Virus record (IMG/VR): IMGVR_UViG_3300025581_000001
Location: 1 to 64,000 of that record
DNA from: a virus
Reading direction: 5' to 3' (one strand)
Length of the DNA: 64,000 nucleotides
The notes under the pieces were generated by a model. That model searched no databases and was not told the DNA's origin. It saw nothing but the letters and a program-made list of their open reading frames with translations. The stretch's first letter is position 1, and every line of letters begins with the position of its first letter. Shown here piece by piece: positions 37,675 to 46,458 of the stretch. The position numbers and the translations under genes were made by a program.

Positions 37675-38637
37675 ATGAAAGCACTGGTGGTATCACAAAA
37701 CTTATGCGGGGACTCGCTCTACATTCAGCCTGCGGTCAAGAAGTGGCAGGCCGAACACCCCGACTGGCAGCTCGACCTGCTGACCCACAAGAACTACATT
37801 GCAGTGCTGTATTGCGGCATGGGCATCGACTGGCACTACGTGTTCTTCGATGACTGCGATGCTACCGACGCGTCGCAGTACGACTCGAAGTTTCTGCTGG
37901 GCGCAGGCGACGCGGGCAAGCTTGCGGAGCAGCGCAAGTGCCATATCGCCGAGGCGTATGCCGAGATGATGGGGGTGAAGCTGGACGAGCCGATCATCGA
38001 GACGCCGTTCGGGAAGTTCCGCGCCATCAGGCCGCACTTTGACCCGATTGAGGCTCGCTCAGGAACGAGCTTGGAAGTTTTGACTCGAGCAATGGAACGA
38101 CAGCGATTGCATAACGATTGTGTGCTGTGGTCGCCGTTCAGCGCCAGCTGCACCTCGCAGGAGAAAGACAGGGATGGCAGGCTACTGGGCAAGCCACCGA
38201 ACAAGATGTTGACGACGAAGTCGTGGATGGATGCTATCCGCTACATGCGCTCGCTGGGGCCGTTGCGATTGCTGGGTGGGCTGGACGAGGAGGTGCCTGC
38301 GACGTGGCAACTGACGCTGGAAGAGATGGAGACGCTGGGCCTTCCATTGGCCGAGACCGCTCTGCTGATGCGGCAGTCGCGTCTGGTGGTGACCGTGGAC
38401 AATGGCATGGGCCATCTCGCGGCGTCGCAGGATGCGAATTGCGTCGTGTTTTATCCCATGGTGCTCAGCCTCGGTTTTATATTTCCTTGGGGCTGTCCGT
38501 ATTCGGTGCCAATCCACATGCGTCCGCAGGACATCACCAGCGCGTCGGCGCTGTACTATGTCGAGCGGTCGGTCAAGTGGCTCGACAAGCAGCGGGGCCT
38601 GCGCAGCCGCGCCAGTAGCGGGCAAAGTAGTACTTGA
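37675..38637 (+). CDS. Glycosyltransferase family 9-like
   Basis: LCGDSLYIQPAV, WSPFSAS, LVVTVDNGMGHLAAS. Confidence 0.75.
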   Translation: MKALVVSQNLCGDSLYIQPAVKKWQAEHPDWQLDLLTHKNYIAVLYCGMGIDWHYVFFDDCDATDASQYDSKFLLGAGDAGKLAEQRKCHIAEAYAEMMGVKLDEPIIETPFGKFRAIRPHFDPIEARSGTSLEVLTRAMERQRLHNDCVLWSPFSASCTSQEKDRDGRLLGKPPNKMLTTKSWMDAIRYMRSLGPLRLLGGLDEEVPATWQLTLEEMETLGLPLAETALLMRQSRLVVTVDNGMGHLAASQDANCVVFYPMVLSLGFIFPWGCPYSVPIHMRPQDITSASALYYVERSVKWLDKQRGLRSRASSGQSST

Positions 38638-38682
38638 CCTTTGAGTCGTTTCATTTATAATAATAGAGACGCCGAAGAAGCG
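38634..38682 (+). promoter_or_regulatory. Sigma70-type promoter, copy 2 (early cassette 2)
   Basis: TTGACC-16nt-TATAAT then AATAGAGACGCCGAAGAAGCG. Confidence 0.8.
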
Positions 38683-38694
38683 TTTGGAGGTTGT

Positions 38695-38886
38695 ATGGCG
38701 AAGTCAAAGTTTACCAAATTTGCTGCCAAGGTCGCTGCTGCCGAGCTTGTTGCTAAACGGCAAACTGAAAACAAAAAGTTGAACAAGGTACGTGGCTGCA
38801 AGGACTGCGGTGTGGTGCGTGCCTACGATCAGAAGAAGTGCGGATGTGGTTCTAAGCGCAGTCGCGTGTTCGACGACAACGAGTGA
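38695..38886 (+). CDS. Small zinc-ribbon protein
   Basis: GGAGG SD; CKDCG...CGCGS. Confidence 0.55.
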   Translation: MAKSKFTKFAAKVAAAELVAKRQTENKKLNKVRGCKDCGVVRAYDQKKCGCGSKRSRVFDDNE

Positions 38887-38897
38887 AGGAGAGAAAC

Positions 38898-39332
38898 ATG
38901 GCAAGTGAGAACGGCAACAACTACGACGCGATGCTGGAGAAGGTGAAGCGCGGGCACCGCGTCACGACCGAGGTCATCAACTTTTTCTGCGGGCTGTACG
39001 CGCAGGCGAAGGAGCTGGCCAAGCAGCAGTCCGAGCTGGGCATCGAGATCAAGGTCGCCCTGCTGCGCGACAAGGAGATGGTCGCGGCCCCGCCCGACTG
39101 CCCCTACATGCTGAAGCTGACGGTCACCGACCCCAAGCCGTTTATTTCGACCACGGTGAACTGGAAAGGCATTGCTCGCGAGCTGGCTACAGCTACGTTC
39201 GGCAAGAACTACGAGCAGAAGCCATCGTGGAAGCATGCGGTGAAGCAGGGGACGACGACCACGACCACGACGGCGGAGTCGCAGGTGCGGCTGAACCCGC
39301 CTATGCTGAACCCCGAGTACAAGAAGCTCTAA
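38898..39332 (+). CDS. Hypothetical protein
   Basis: GAAGGAG SD. Confidence 0.6.
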   Translation: MASENGNNYDAMLEKVKRGHRVTTEVINFFCGLYAQAKELAKQQSELGIEIKVALLRDKEMVAAPPDCPYMLKLTVTDPKPFISTTVNWKGIARELATATFGKNYEQKPSWKHAVKQGTTTTTTTAESQVRLNPPMLNPEYKKL

Positions 39333-39342
39333 GGAGGGCAAG

Positions 39343-39564
39343 ATGGCACAGCGAGAGATTTCGTTCTTGCGGGCATCCAGCAACTTGTCGTGCGCGGTCT
39401 ACGACGAGGAGACGCAGGAACTGAATGTTGTATTCCTGAACGGCAGCCAGTACCGCTACAAAAAGGTGCCCAAGGACGTCGCCGATGGCTTCAGCACCGC
39501 GAAGTCGGCTGGCGGGTACCTGAACGCGTGCATCAAGGGGAAGTACGAGTTCGAACGGCTGTAA
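39343..39564 (+). CDS. KTSC domain protein
   Basis: SSNL...YDEETQELNVVFLNGSQYRY..VP......A.SAGGY.N..IKG.Y. Confidence 0.9.
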   Translation: MAQREISFLRASSNLSCAVYDEETQELNVVFLNGSQYRYKKVPKDVADGFSTAKSAGGYLNACIKGKYEFERL

Positions 39565-39586
39565 CTACCGATGAAAGCAGGCGGCT

Positions 39587-40453
39587 ATGAAGAAGACATG
39601 GGCGGAGCAGAACAGCGGTCGCATCGAAGCAGCGCTGCAGTCTATCGGGGGTAAGGTGCCCCGCGAGCGCTGCCCCAAGGGGGTCACCACCGACGAGTTC
39701 GCGCTGCCGGAGAAGCGGCTCGACAAGTGCTCGGGGGGAGACCGCTTCCTGACGTTCTTCCAGATGGACGGCAAGACGCACTGCCTGTTCCGGGGTACGG
39801 TGCTGCGCCCTGGCTCGTGCTCGGTGACCGTCATGGTCGACGGCGACGGCAAGCGCCGCCAGATGACGGTGCATCGCGGTGGGAAGGACGAGCAGCTTGT
39901 CGAGTTCGATGGTTCAGCACGCCCGATTCATTGGGCGGGAGAAGTGCCGGTGCGGGTGATTGGCAAGGTCGCGCTGAGCGATTACTGGCGCAGCATGAAC
40001 AATCTGCCACCCCTGAACGGCGAGGCAAAAACGAAGTCTAAACCGAAAGTACAACAAGGAGATGAGGATATGCCTGATTACATGAAGCGTGCGAAGAAGC
40101 TTGCGGAAGAGATGGAAGGCGACGAGCCCGAGACCGACGAAGTCGAGACCGCTGATAAGACTGCCAGCAAGAAGAAGGTTAAGGCGGTCGCCAAGACCGG
40201 AAAGAAGTCTGCGGCTACCAAGGCCGGTCACGATGCTCCCAAGCGGAAGTCGAGCGGCCATGCGACCCCCAAGGTTGGTGCGACCTTCGAGGCGAATGCC
40301 AAGGGCAAGACCTACACCATGAAGGTGGTTAAGGGCAAGGACGGCGAGGTCGGCTTCCAGGTCGGTAAGACCGTCTACACCAGCGTGTCCTCGGCGGGCA
40401 GCGCGGTGACCAAGGGAGCCTGCAACGGCTGGAAGTTTTGGAAGATCGACTAA
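39587..40453 (+). CDS. Protein with a C-terminal RAMA/DUF2924-like DNA-binding domain (internal start at 40070 possible)
   Basis: FQVGKTVYTSVSSAGSAVT...NGWKFWK; Lys/Ala-rich linker. Confidence 0.6.
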   Translation: MKKTWAEQNSGRIEAALQSIGGKVPRERCPKGVTTDEFALPEKRLDKCSGGDRFLTFFQMDGKTHCLFRGTVLRPGSCSVTVMVDGDGKRRQMTVHRGGKDEQLVEFDGSARPIHWAGEVPVRVIGKVALSDYWRSMNNLPPLNGEAKTKSKPKVQQGDEDMPDYMKRAKKLAEEMEGDEPETDEVETADKTASKKKVKAVAKTGKKSAATKAGHDAPKRKSSGHATPKVGATFEANAKGKTYTMKVVKGKDGEVGFQVGKTVYTSVSSAGSAVTKGACNGWKFWKID

Positions 40454-40489
40454 TTCCAGAAGGCCAGCATTTCGAAGCAGTGAATACGG

Positions 40490-40526
40490 AGGGCTGGCGG
40501 CAGAGATGCTGACCAGCCCTTGTTTT
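40490..40526 (+). terminator. Rho-independent terminator
   Basis: AGGGCTGG.CGGCA-GAGA-TGCTG.CCAGCCCT then TGTTTT. Confidence 0.6.
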
Positions 40527-40719
40527 GCTTGCGAAAGGAAGTGGTGAATGAAAAGGAAAGTCTGGAAGTTGTCATTGCAGGTGCTCGTCGAGTGTGAAAC
40601 ACAGCAAGAAGCGGATGCACATTTGGTGGAAGCTGTTGATGCCATGAAGTCAGAAGGCTTCGGCGAACTGGAAAGTTCGGCTGAGTTTTGGGGAACTGTA
40701 GTTAAGAAGGGATACTGAC

Positions 40720-41607
40720 ATGGCTAATCTGGCATTCTTCGAATTGTCGAAGGCCGACCAAGCGTACGCGCTGGACAAGGCACTGAAGCTAACTACCGGC
40801 AAGAAGGCGGTGGCGTTCGTGACCAATGAAGTAATGCAAGTTGAAAAGCCCAGCTACTGGTCGTATAAGGTGCTTGATAAGCTGGGCGATTGCATCGTAG
40901 TGCATTATCGGGGAGTCCCCATTCGGTTGCTCTACAAGCGACTGGTGGCTGAGTTTTGCATTGACGAGCTGGCCCCGGTGCCTGACATGCCGAGGGCCGA
41001 CCCCGACGATGCATGGGTGTACCTCGACCTGACCGGCAACTCGGCCCGCCAGCAGCACGCACCGACGCTGGCCCGCATCAAGGAGCTGGAGCAGCAGGTG
41101 GTGTCGCTGAAGAAGCGCATCGCGGCGCAGGACGACGTGCTCATCGAGAGCGAGCGCAGCGCCTACGCCAAGGCGGTGGCCGAGATGCGTAAGGAGGACG
41201 ATGCGGTCGCGGCGCTGCTGGCCAAGGTGGAGGAGAAGCAGGCCAAGATTCCCAAGTGGGTTATCTCATTGATGAAGCGGATGGAGAGGGGGACGACCGT
41301 GCAAGAGAATCCATCGCTGTACGGCGTGGCCATGCGGGTCTGCCACGAAGTTGGAATTGACTGGACTGATCCGCGAACTGGCAAGACTTACAAACCGCCT
41401 GCGCCGGAGAAGGTAGTGGTCACTCCGGTCGATGCCGAGGGCATGCCACTGGGCAAGAGTACCGAAGTCGTGGTCTCGCAGGGCAAGCAGCACAGGCTGA
41501 AAGGAGAAAACCATGAAGGCAACGGTAAAGCGCGGAAGGGGAAGGCCAAGGGCAGCGCCCGGAACCGTAAGGATACTGGCCAACGGGGTCGCAAGGCTGT
41601 CGCCTGA
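40720..41607 (+). CDS. Hypothetical coiled-coil protein
   Basis: 295-aa ORF; central heptads. Confidence 0.6.
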   Translation: MANLAFFELSKADQAYALDKALKLTTGKKAVAFVTNEVMQVEKPSYWSYKVLDKLGDCIVVHYRGVPIRLLYKRLVAEFCIDELAPVPDMPRADPDDAWVYLDLTGNSARQQHAPTLARIKELEQQVVSLKKRIAAQDDVLIESERSAYAKAVAEMRKEDDAVAALLAKVEEKQAKIPKWVISLMKRMERGTTVQENPSLYGVAMRVCHEVGIDWTDPRTGKTYKPPAPEKVVVTPVDAEGMPLGKSTEVVVSQGKQHRLKGENHEGNGKARKGKAKGSARNRKDTGQRGRKAVA

Positions 41608-41887
41608 TCTTGCACAGGTGGGTAACAGTTTTGTTGCTGAGTGGGATAATGTTGACCGAGTTCTGACGTTATATGATGCTGATGCGTTTCCTGATGAAAA
41701 GCCTGTCTTGCGAACGTGGAATTCAGGTGCAAAGGGAACGAGCATCTATGTATCACTACTTGGCACATTGCATCGCATAGGGCCGAAGAAGCTTCCTCGA
41801 TTTGCTGGAGTATACCGGGCGAGGAATCGTAGTAAGAATCCCAGAGTTCCCTGGATTGCAATTTATCTGAAGGAGAAAGTGGGGTAA
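41513..41887 (+). CDS. Small basic protein with an AT-hook-like motif
   Basis: KRGRGRPR; AAAGGAG SD. Confidence 0.55.
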   Translation: MKATVKRGRGRPRAAPGTVRILANGVARLSPDLAQVGNSFVAEWDNVDRVLTLYDADAFPDEKPVLRTWNSGAKGTSIYVSLLGTLHRIGPKKLPRFAGVYRARNRSKNPRVPWIAIYLKEKVG

Positions 41888-42091
41888 GAGAAATGGTCAG
41901 TCCGAATCGAATGTCACCACTGCAGGAGACCATCAACGACATCTTCCAAGGACTGGGGCTTGTGTTCTTGGTCGCAGTATTTGCACTTGCGCTGTGGCTG
42001 CTGAGCAGTGACCAGTTCACTGTGCTGACCCTGCCGTTCAAGTAGACTAAACCTTAACCCGAAAGAGAGAAGTCTGGAAAGGAAGTGAAGA

Positions 42092-43084
42092 ATGGAAAAT
42101 CTAATCATGGAGCCGGTGACCCGGCTCACGAAAGACCTCGCTGTGGCAGCGGCTACGTTGAGCGTGCGTGAAGCGCGCTACCTTGTCGATGCCTACTACA
42201 CGATTCAGGACTACCGCATAGCGTCGGACGCGCAAATCAGGGAGATGACCAAGTCCGGTGAGCCTCATGACGTCCTGAAGTGGGCGGCGAAGCAGTACAT
42301 CACTCTTGAATCGCAATTGAAGCGGTCGCTGGACAAGTGGACGGACAACCAGTACATGGGCCGTTGGGCGAAAGCGATTTGTGGTATCGGCCCGGTTATC
42401 TCCGCCGGTCTGCTGGCGCACATCGACATCGAGAAGGCCCCGACAGTTGGCCACATCTGGCGCTTCGCTGGGCTCGACCCGACTAATAAGTGGCTGGGCC
42501 GTGAGAAGTCCAAAGCTCTGGTCATGTCGGTTTGCGGTTCCGCCAATGTTGTTACCGAAGAGCAAATTACACAGATTGCCACTCTTGCCTTTTACCGAAC
42601 GGAGCAGCTTCACACAATGGTTGGGGAAGGTTCGGTTACGCGTAAGAAGTTGGTGACTGCATTGACCAAGCGGCCCTACAACGCCGACTTGAAGACGCTG
42701 TGCGCTTTCAAGCTGGGCGAGAGCTTCGTGATGGTGCAGAACAACAAGAACGATATCTACGGCAAGGTCTTCGCCGCGCGCAAGCGCGAGGAGGAGGCGA
42801 AGAACGATGTGCTGGCATTCAAGGCGCAGGCCGAGCAGATACTCGTCACCAAGAACTTCGACAAGACGACAGACGCGTACAAGGCGCTGATTCAGGGGCG
42901 TTTGCCGCAAGCGCAAATCCACGCAAGGGCACGGCGCTATGCGGTGAAGCTGTTTTTATCGCACTACCACGCTGAGGCATACCGGCAGCGCTTTGGTAAG
43001 GAGCCACCGTTGCCGTATCCGATTGCGTTCCTTGGGCATGCACACATGATTGATGGGCCGAAGATAACCAGTATAACCGAGTGA
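42092..43084 (+). CDS. Nop-domain / IS110-related RNA-binding protein with no nuclease domain (TasA-like effector)
   Basis: Coiled coil RYLVDAYYTIQDYRIA, then GIGPVISAGLLAHIDI...IWRFAGLDP, RPYNADLKTLC, IHARARRYAVKLFLSH; no N-terminal RuvC/DEDD domain; abuts a 36-bp array. Confidence 0.8.
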   Translation: MENLIMEPVTRLTKDLAVAAATLSVREARYLVDAYYTIQDYRIASDAQIREMTKSGEPHDVLKWAAKQYITLESQLKRSLDKWTDNQYMGRWAKAICGIGPVISAGLLAHIDIEKAPTVGHIWRFAGLDPTNKWLGREKSKALVMSVCGSANVVTEEQITQIATLAFYRTEQLHTMVGEGSVTRKKLVTALTKRPYNADLKTLCAFKLGESFVMVQNNKNDIYGKVFAARKREEEAKNDVLAFKAQAEQILVTKNFDKTTDAYKALIQGRLPQAQIHARARRYAVKLFLSHYHAEAYRQRFGKEPPLPYPIAFLGHAHMIDGPKITSITE

Positions 43085-44250
43085 ACCGTTGTGTATGAGT
43101 GAGCCAACTGCGAAGAAATAGAACCATGAGTAGTGAGCGAGTCAACTAGTAAGAGAGAACCATTGAAAGCGAACGAGTCAGGGAAGTCGAATAGTACCAG
43201 TGTCTTCGAGCGAGTCAGCATGAGCGAGAGTACCAAATGTATCGAACGAGTCGTAACAGTAGAGGGAACCGGGTCTAGTGAACGAGTCGTGTTGGACGAG
43301 AGCACCATGATTCAAGAACGAGTCACGTGAAATGAGAGAGCCTGAGTACGCGAACGAGTCAAGCACCGCGTGAGAACCAGAATTTACGAACGAGTCATTG
43401 GTCTCGAGAGTACCACGAAACCAGAACGAGTCACGAGAAACGAGGGTACCAAACGAAGCGAGCGAGTCAGATTGCAAGAGAGCACCATGTGAGAGGAACG
43501 ATCCATTGAACCCGATAGTACCAACACTTGTGAGTGAGCCGTGGATTCTGATAGAACCATCCTGCTGGAAGCGAGTCATGTTGTCTGAGAGTACCAAAAA
43601 GAGAGAACGAGCCTTGGGCATTGAGAGTACCATGCGCCCCGAGAGCGAGTCAGCGATCCGAGAGAGCACCATACGAAAGGAACGAATCATCAGATTAGAG
43701 GGAACCACTAGATGTGAATGAGTCAGGGCCTTCGAGGGAACCACAAAACACGAGCGAGTCGAATCGAATGAGAGCACCGGATCAAGCGAACGAGTCAGTT
43801 GAGTCAGGTACAATGAGAGAACCATCTAGACCGAACGAGCTATCACCTCGAAGAGTACCAGTAGATAGGAGCGAGTCATGCGACGCGAGGGCACCAGTTG
43901 ACTTGAGCGAGTCACTAGTTTTGAGAGAACCATCAAAGGAGAACGAACCAATACATACGAGAGCACCAGTACGTATGAGTGGGGCCATAGCATTTGAGAG
44001 CACCAGATGTGCGGAGCGAGTCGTCGGCTTTGAGAGAACCGTTGATGTAGGTTGATGTAGAACGAGTCACCGCAAAAGAGCGAACCACTGAAGAAGAACG
44101 AGTCAACGGATAGGAGAGTACCAGGTTCCTGGAACGAGTCATCAGCTTAGAGAGAACCGGTGATGTGGAACGAGTCACAACGCCTGAGAGAGCCAGCGGA
44201 AGGGGAACGAGTCAATGTCATAGAGGGCACCAATATCGGAGAACGAATCC
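43079..44250 (+). repeat. TIGR-like dual-repeat guide array: about 31 units of 36 bp = GAACGAGTCA-N8-GAGAG(T/A/C)ACCA-N8
   Basis: 32 A-type repeats counted from 43097 to 44241 alternating with B-type repeats; spacers appear unique by eye; 36-bp period apart from a few indels. Confidence 0.9.
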
Positions 44251-44252
44251 TA

Positions 44253-44289
44253 ATGCAGGCGCTAACTCAACAGCGCCTGCATCCTTTCT
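44253..44289 (+). terminator. Hairpin closing the array (terminator or processing/stability element)
   Basis: ATGCAGGCGCT-AACTCAAC-AGCGCCTGCAT perfect 11-bp stem, then CCTTTCT. Confidence 0.65.
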
Positions 44290-44388
44290 AGCCAGACGCC
44301 AGTTTGGTAGGTTGTGCCAACCCCGCAAGAAATCTGCCAGTAGCTTGTAGACACTCATGCCACGATTTACTACGATTCCAAACAGAAC

Positions 44389-46458
44389 ATGCGAATCGTT
44401 CCCAAGTTCGTCGCCACCATTTTTGCGTCCATCTTTTCCTCCGTCCACCGACTCCACCAAGAGTACCTGGCCAGCGAGATCAAGAAGCAGCGCATGGGCG
44501 AGATCGTGCGAGTCATGAAGGTGGCGCACGCGCAGGAACTGACCGAGCTGGACGTCGCGCAGTGGCCGATGAAGGTGCAGGAACAGAAAGAGCGTATCGC
44601 TGCGGTCGCAGCGGGCAACCTCGACGCTATGATTGTCGACCGTCGCTCCTGGTCATATCCGTACTTGCCAGAGTCGCTGCACCGCCTGAACCAACCCATT
44701 CTGAAAAATACGCCATCCAATTTGCGGCGATTCAGCGAGACGCCCATTCCCCGTCGAGCCATCAATCTCATCAGGAATCAGATTCTGGCCAAGCGCTGGG
44801 AAGTCCGCGTTGCCGGAGAGCAGGGCAGCAGCGAGCCTACGCCGAAGCAGAAGAAGCGCATCGACATTGCTACCGCCTGCCTGCAGCAGCCCAATGACGA
44901 GGGTGGCGGATGGCGGGCCTTCGCCGAGGCGGTGCTGGAGGACGACATTATTGGAGGCTACGGTTGCATTGAGCCTCGCGTTACTCCCAACTACAAAAGG
45001 CCCCTCAAGCTGTGGCCGGTGGATGGTTCGACCGTCCGCATATTCGCCGACTGGACGGAGTCGACTCCCGACCGCCCGCGCTATGCGCAGATGACTGGAC
45101 TCAAGGGTGAGCGTGGCATTGTGGCCTTCCGCGACGACGAGCTGATCTACATCAAGTCGAACAACCGTAGCAACACTCCCTTCGGACTGGGCAAGCTGGA
45201 AGTGGCATTCAATTCTGTCAACTCTTTCCTCGGCATCCAGGATATGTCGGGTAAGGCTGGCTCCGATCAGGTGCACAAGACGATGCTGTGGTGGCAGGCG
45301 TCGCAGCTTTCCGCTAACCTTTCCAATGTGCGTCGCTACTTGACCAACGAGCTGGAGCAGCAGTCGAAAATCTCGCTCATTAGTGGCATGCCGCAGCCGC
45401 AGGTTATCGATATCAAGGCGACCACCCCGGAAGACCTGCTGCTTGACTGGCAAAAGTTTCTTATCATCATAATCGCCGATGCATTCGACTTGTCGCCTCC
45501 AGCTTTCGGAATTACTGACAACGTGAATAAGGCGGTTGGGCAGGTGCTCAGCGATCAGGACTTCTTCGGTGCGGTGGTGCCGTTAGCAGCGTCATTCGAA
45601 GGTGAGATGACGTTGCGGGTCATCCATCAGCATTTCGGCTGGCGTGACCTGGAGTTTCACATCATCGGACTCGAAGACCCTGATCCACTCACCAAGAAGA
45701 CCCTCCAGCAGCGTGACTACATGATGAACGCCATCACCCCCGACGAGATTCGCAAGGATGGAGGCAAGCCTCCGTTGCCCGGAGGCTGGGGCCGATTGAC
45801 GCAGGGGCAGTGGCAGATCATCATCGCGCAGGCTATGGCGCAGTCGCGCACTGCTGGTGCTGGTGGCGGCGGAGGTTACGGTGGCGGCATGGGCAGCGGC
45901 GGAGGCTTCGGTAGCGGTGCTGGGATGCCATCAGCTACCTCGGGAACAACCATGGGCCTGCCCAGCAGCGGTGGCATGGGGCGCGGCAGTATCGGCGCAG
46001 GCGCGTTCTCGGCTGACGACGTCGCTCAGATGACACCGGAAGACATTCAGTACTTACAGGAGTCGGGGCTGCTCCCAACCGATAATTCGGAGCTTGGCAA
46101 CCAGATGGAGCAGGAGCAGCCCGGCATTTTACAGACGCTGACCGAACAGTTGCGCTCGTTCTTCGAGATTGAAGATCAGTACAAGCACGACAATCAAGTC
46201 GAGCCAGAGGAGATCACCTCGGAAGACCAGAAGGAGCAGAAGAAGCGCTTTGCGCAAGACCAGCACGTGCAGACTTGGCGTGAGTCAGTAGTGAATGACC
46301 GTGGGCTGGCGCGGGTGCCTCCACGTCCCAACCTCGACCAGACGCAGCCCGACTATCCGCTGATGCGCAATGCGGTTAGTCAGAAGGTTAAGGACAGCAT
46401 CGCCAAGCGGAAGGGAAAGTATCCACGCAGCGGTGGTGAGCGGAGTGATTACCGATGA
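44389..46458 (+). CDS. Portal protein with N- and C-terminal extensions
   Basis: LWPVDGSTVR, DELIYI..N.RS.TPFGLG.LE, AFDLSP..FGI, ITPDEIR...G.PPLPGGWG. Confidence 0.9.
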   Translation: MRIVPKFVATIFASIFSSVHRLHQEYLASEIKKQRMGEIVRVMKVAHAQELTELDVAQWPMKVQEQKERIAAVAAGNLDAMIVDRRSWSYPYLPESLHRLNQPILKNTPSNLRRFSETPIPRRAINLIRNQILAKRWEVRVAGEQGSSEPTPKQKKRIDIATACLQQPNDEGGGWRAFAEAVLEDDIIGGYGCIEPRVTPNYKRPLKLWPVDGSTVRIFADWTESTPDRPRYAQMTGLKGERGIVAFRDDELIYIKSNNRSNTPFGLGKLEVAFNSVNSFLGIQDMSGKAGSDQVHKTMLWWQASQLSANLSNVRRYLTNELEQQSKISLISGMPQPQVIDIKATTPEDLLLDWQKFLIIIIADAFDLSPPAFGITDNVNKAVGQVLSDQDFFGAVVPLAASFEGEMTLRVIHQHFGWRDLEFHIIGLEDPDPLTKKTLQQRDYMMNAITPDEIRKDGGKPPLPGGWGRLTQGQWQIIIAQAMAQSRTAGAGGGGGYGGGMGSGGGFGSGAGMPSATSGTTMGLPSSGGMGRGSIGAGAFSADDVAQMTPEDIQYLQESGLLPTDNSELGNQMEQEQPGILQTLTEQLRSFFEIEDQYKHDNQVEPEEITSEDQKEQKKRFAQDQHVQTWRESVVNDRGLARVPPRPNLDQTQPDYPLMRNAVSQKVKDSIAKRKGKYPRSGGERSDYR

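Noticed and set aside
27972-38898. Repeated TGAAGGAG(C/A)AAG before early genes
   Set aside because: Adequately explained as strong Shine-Dalgarno sequences
42092-43084. IS110 transposase / insertion sequence call
   Set aside because: No N-terminal DEDD RuvC domain or catalytic serine loop, and it is linked to a guide-like array
43079-44250. CRISPR array interpretation
   Set aside because: Repeats are 10 nt and alternate between two types with 8-nt spacers, and no cas genes are visible; this does not fit CRISPR geometry
42964-44350. ORFs overlapping the array on both strands (e.g. 43178..43825 -, 43398..43721 +, 43714..44055 +)
   Set aside because: By-products of a 36-bp period; indels shift frames and conservation is at nucleotide level
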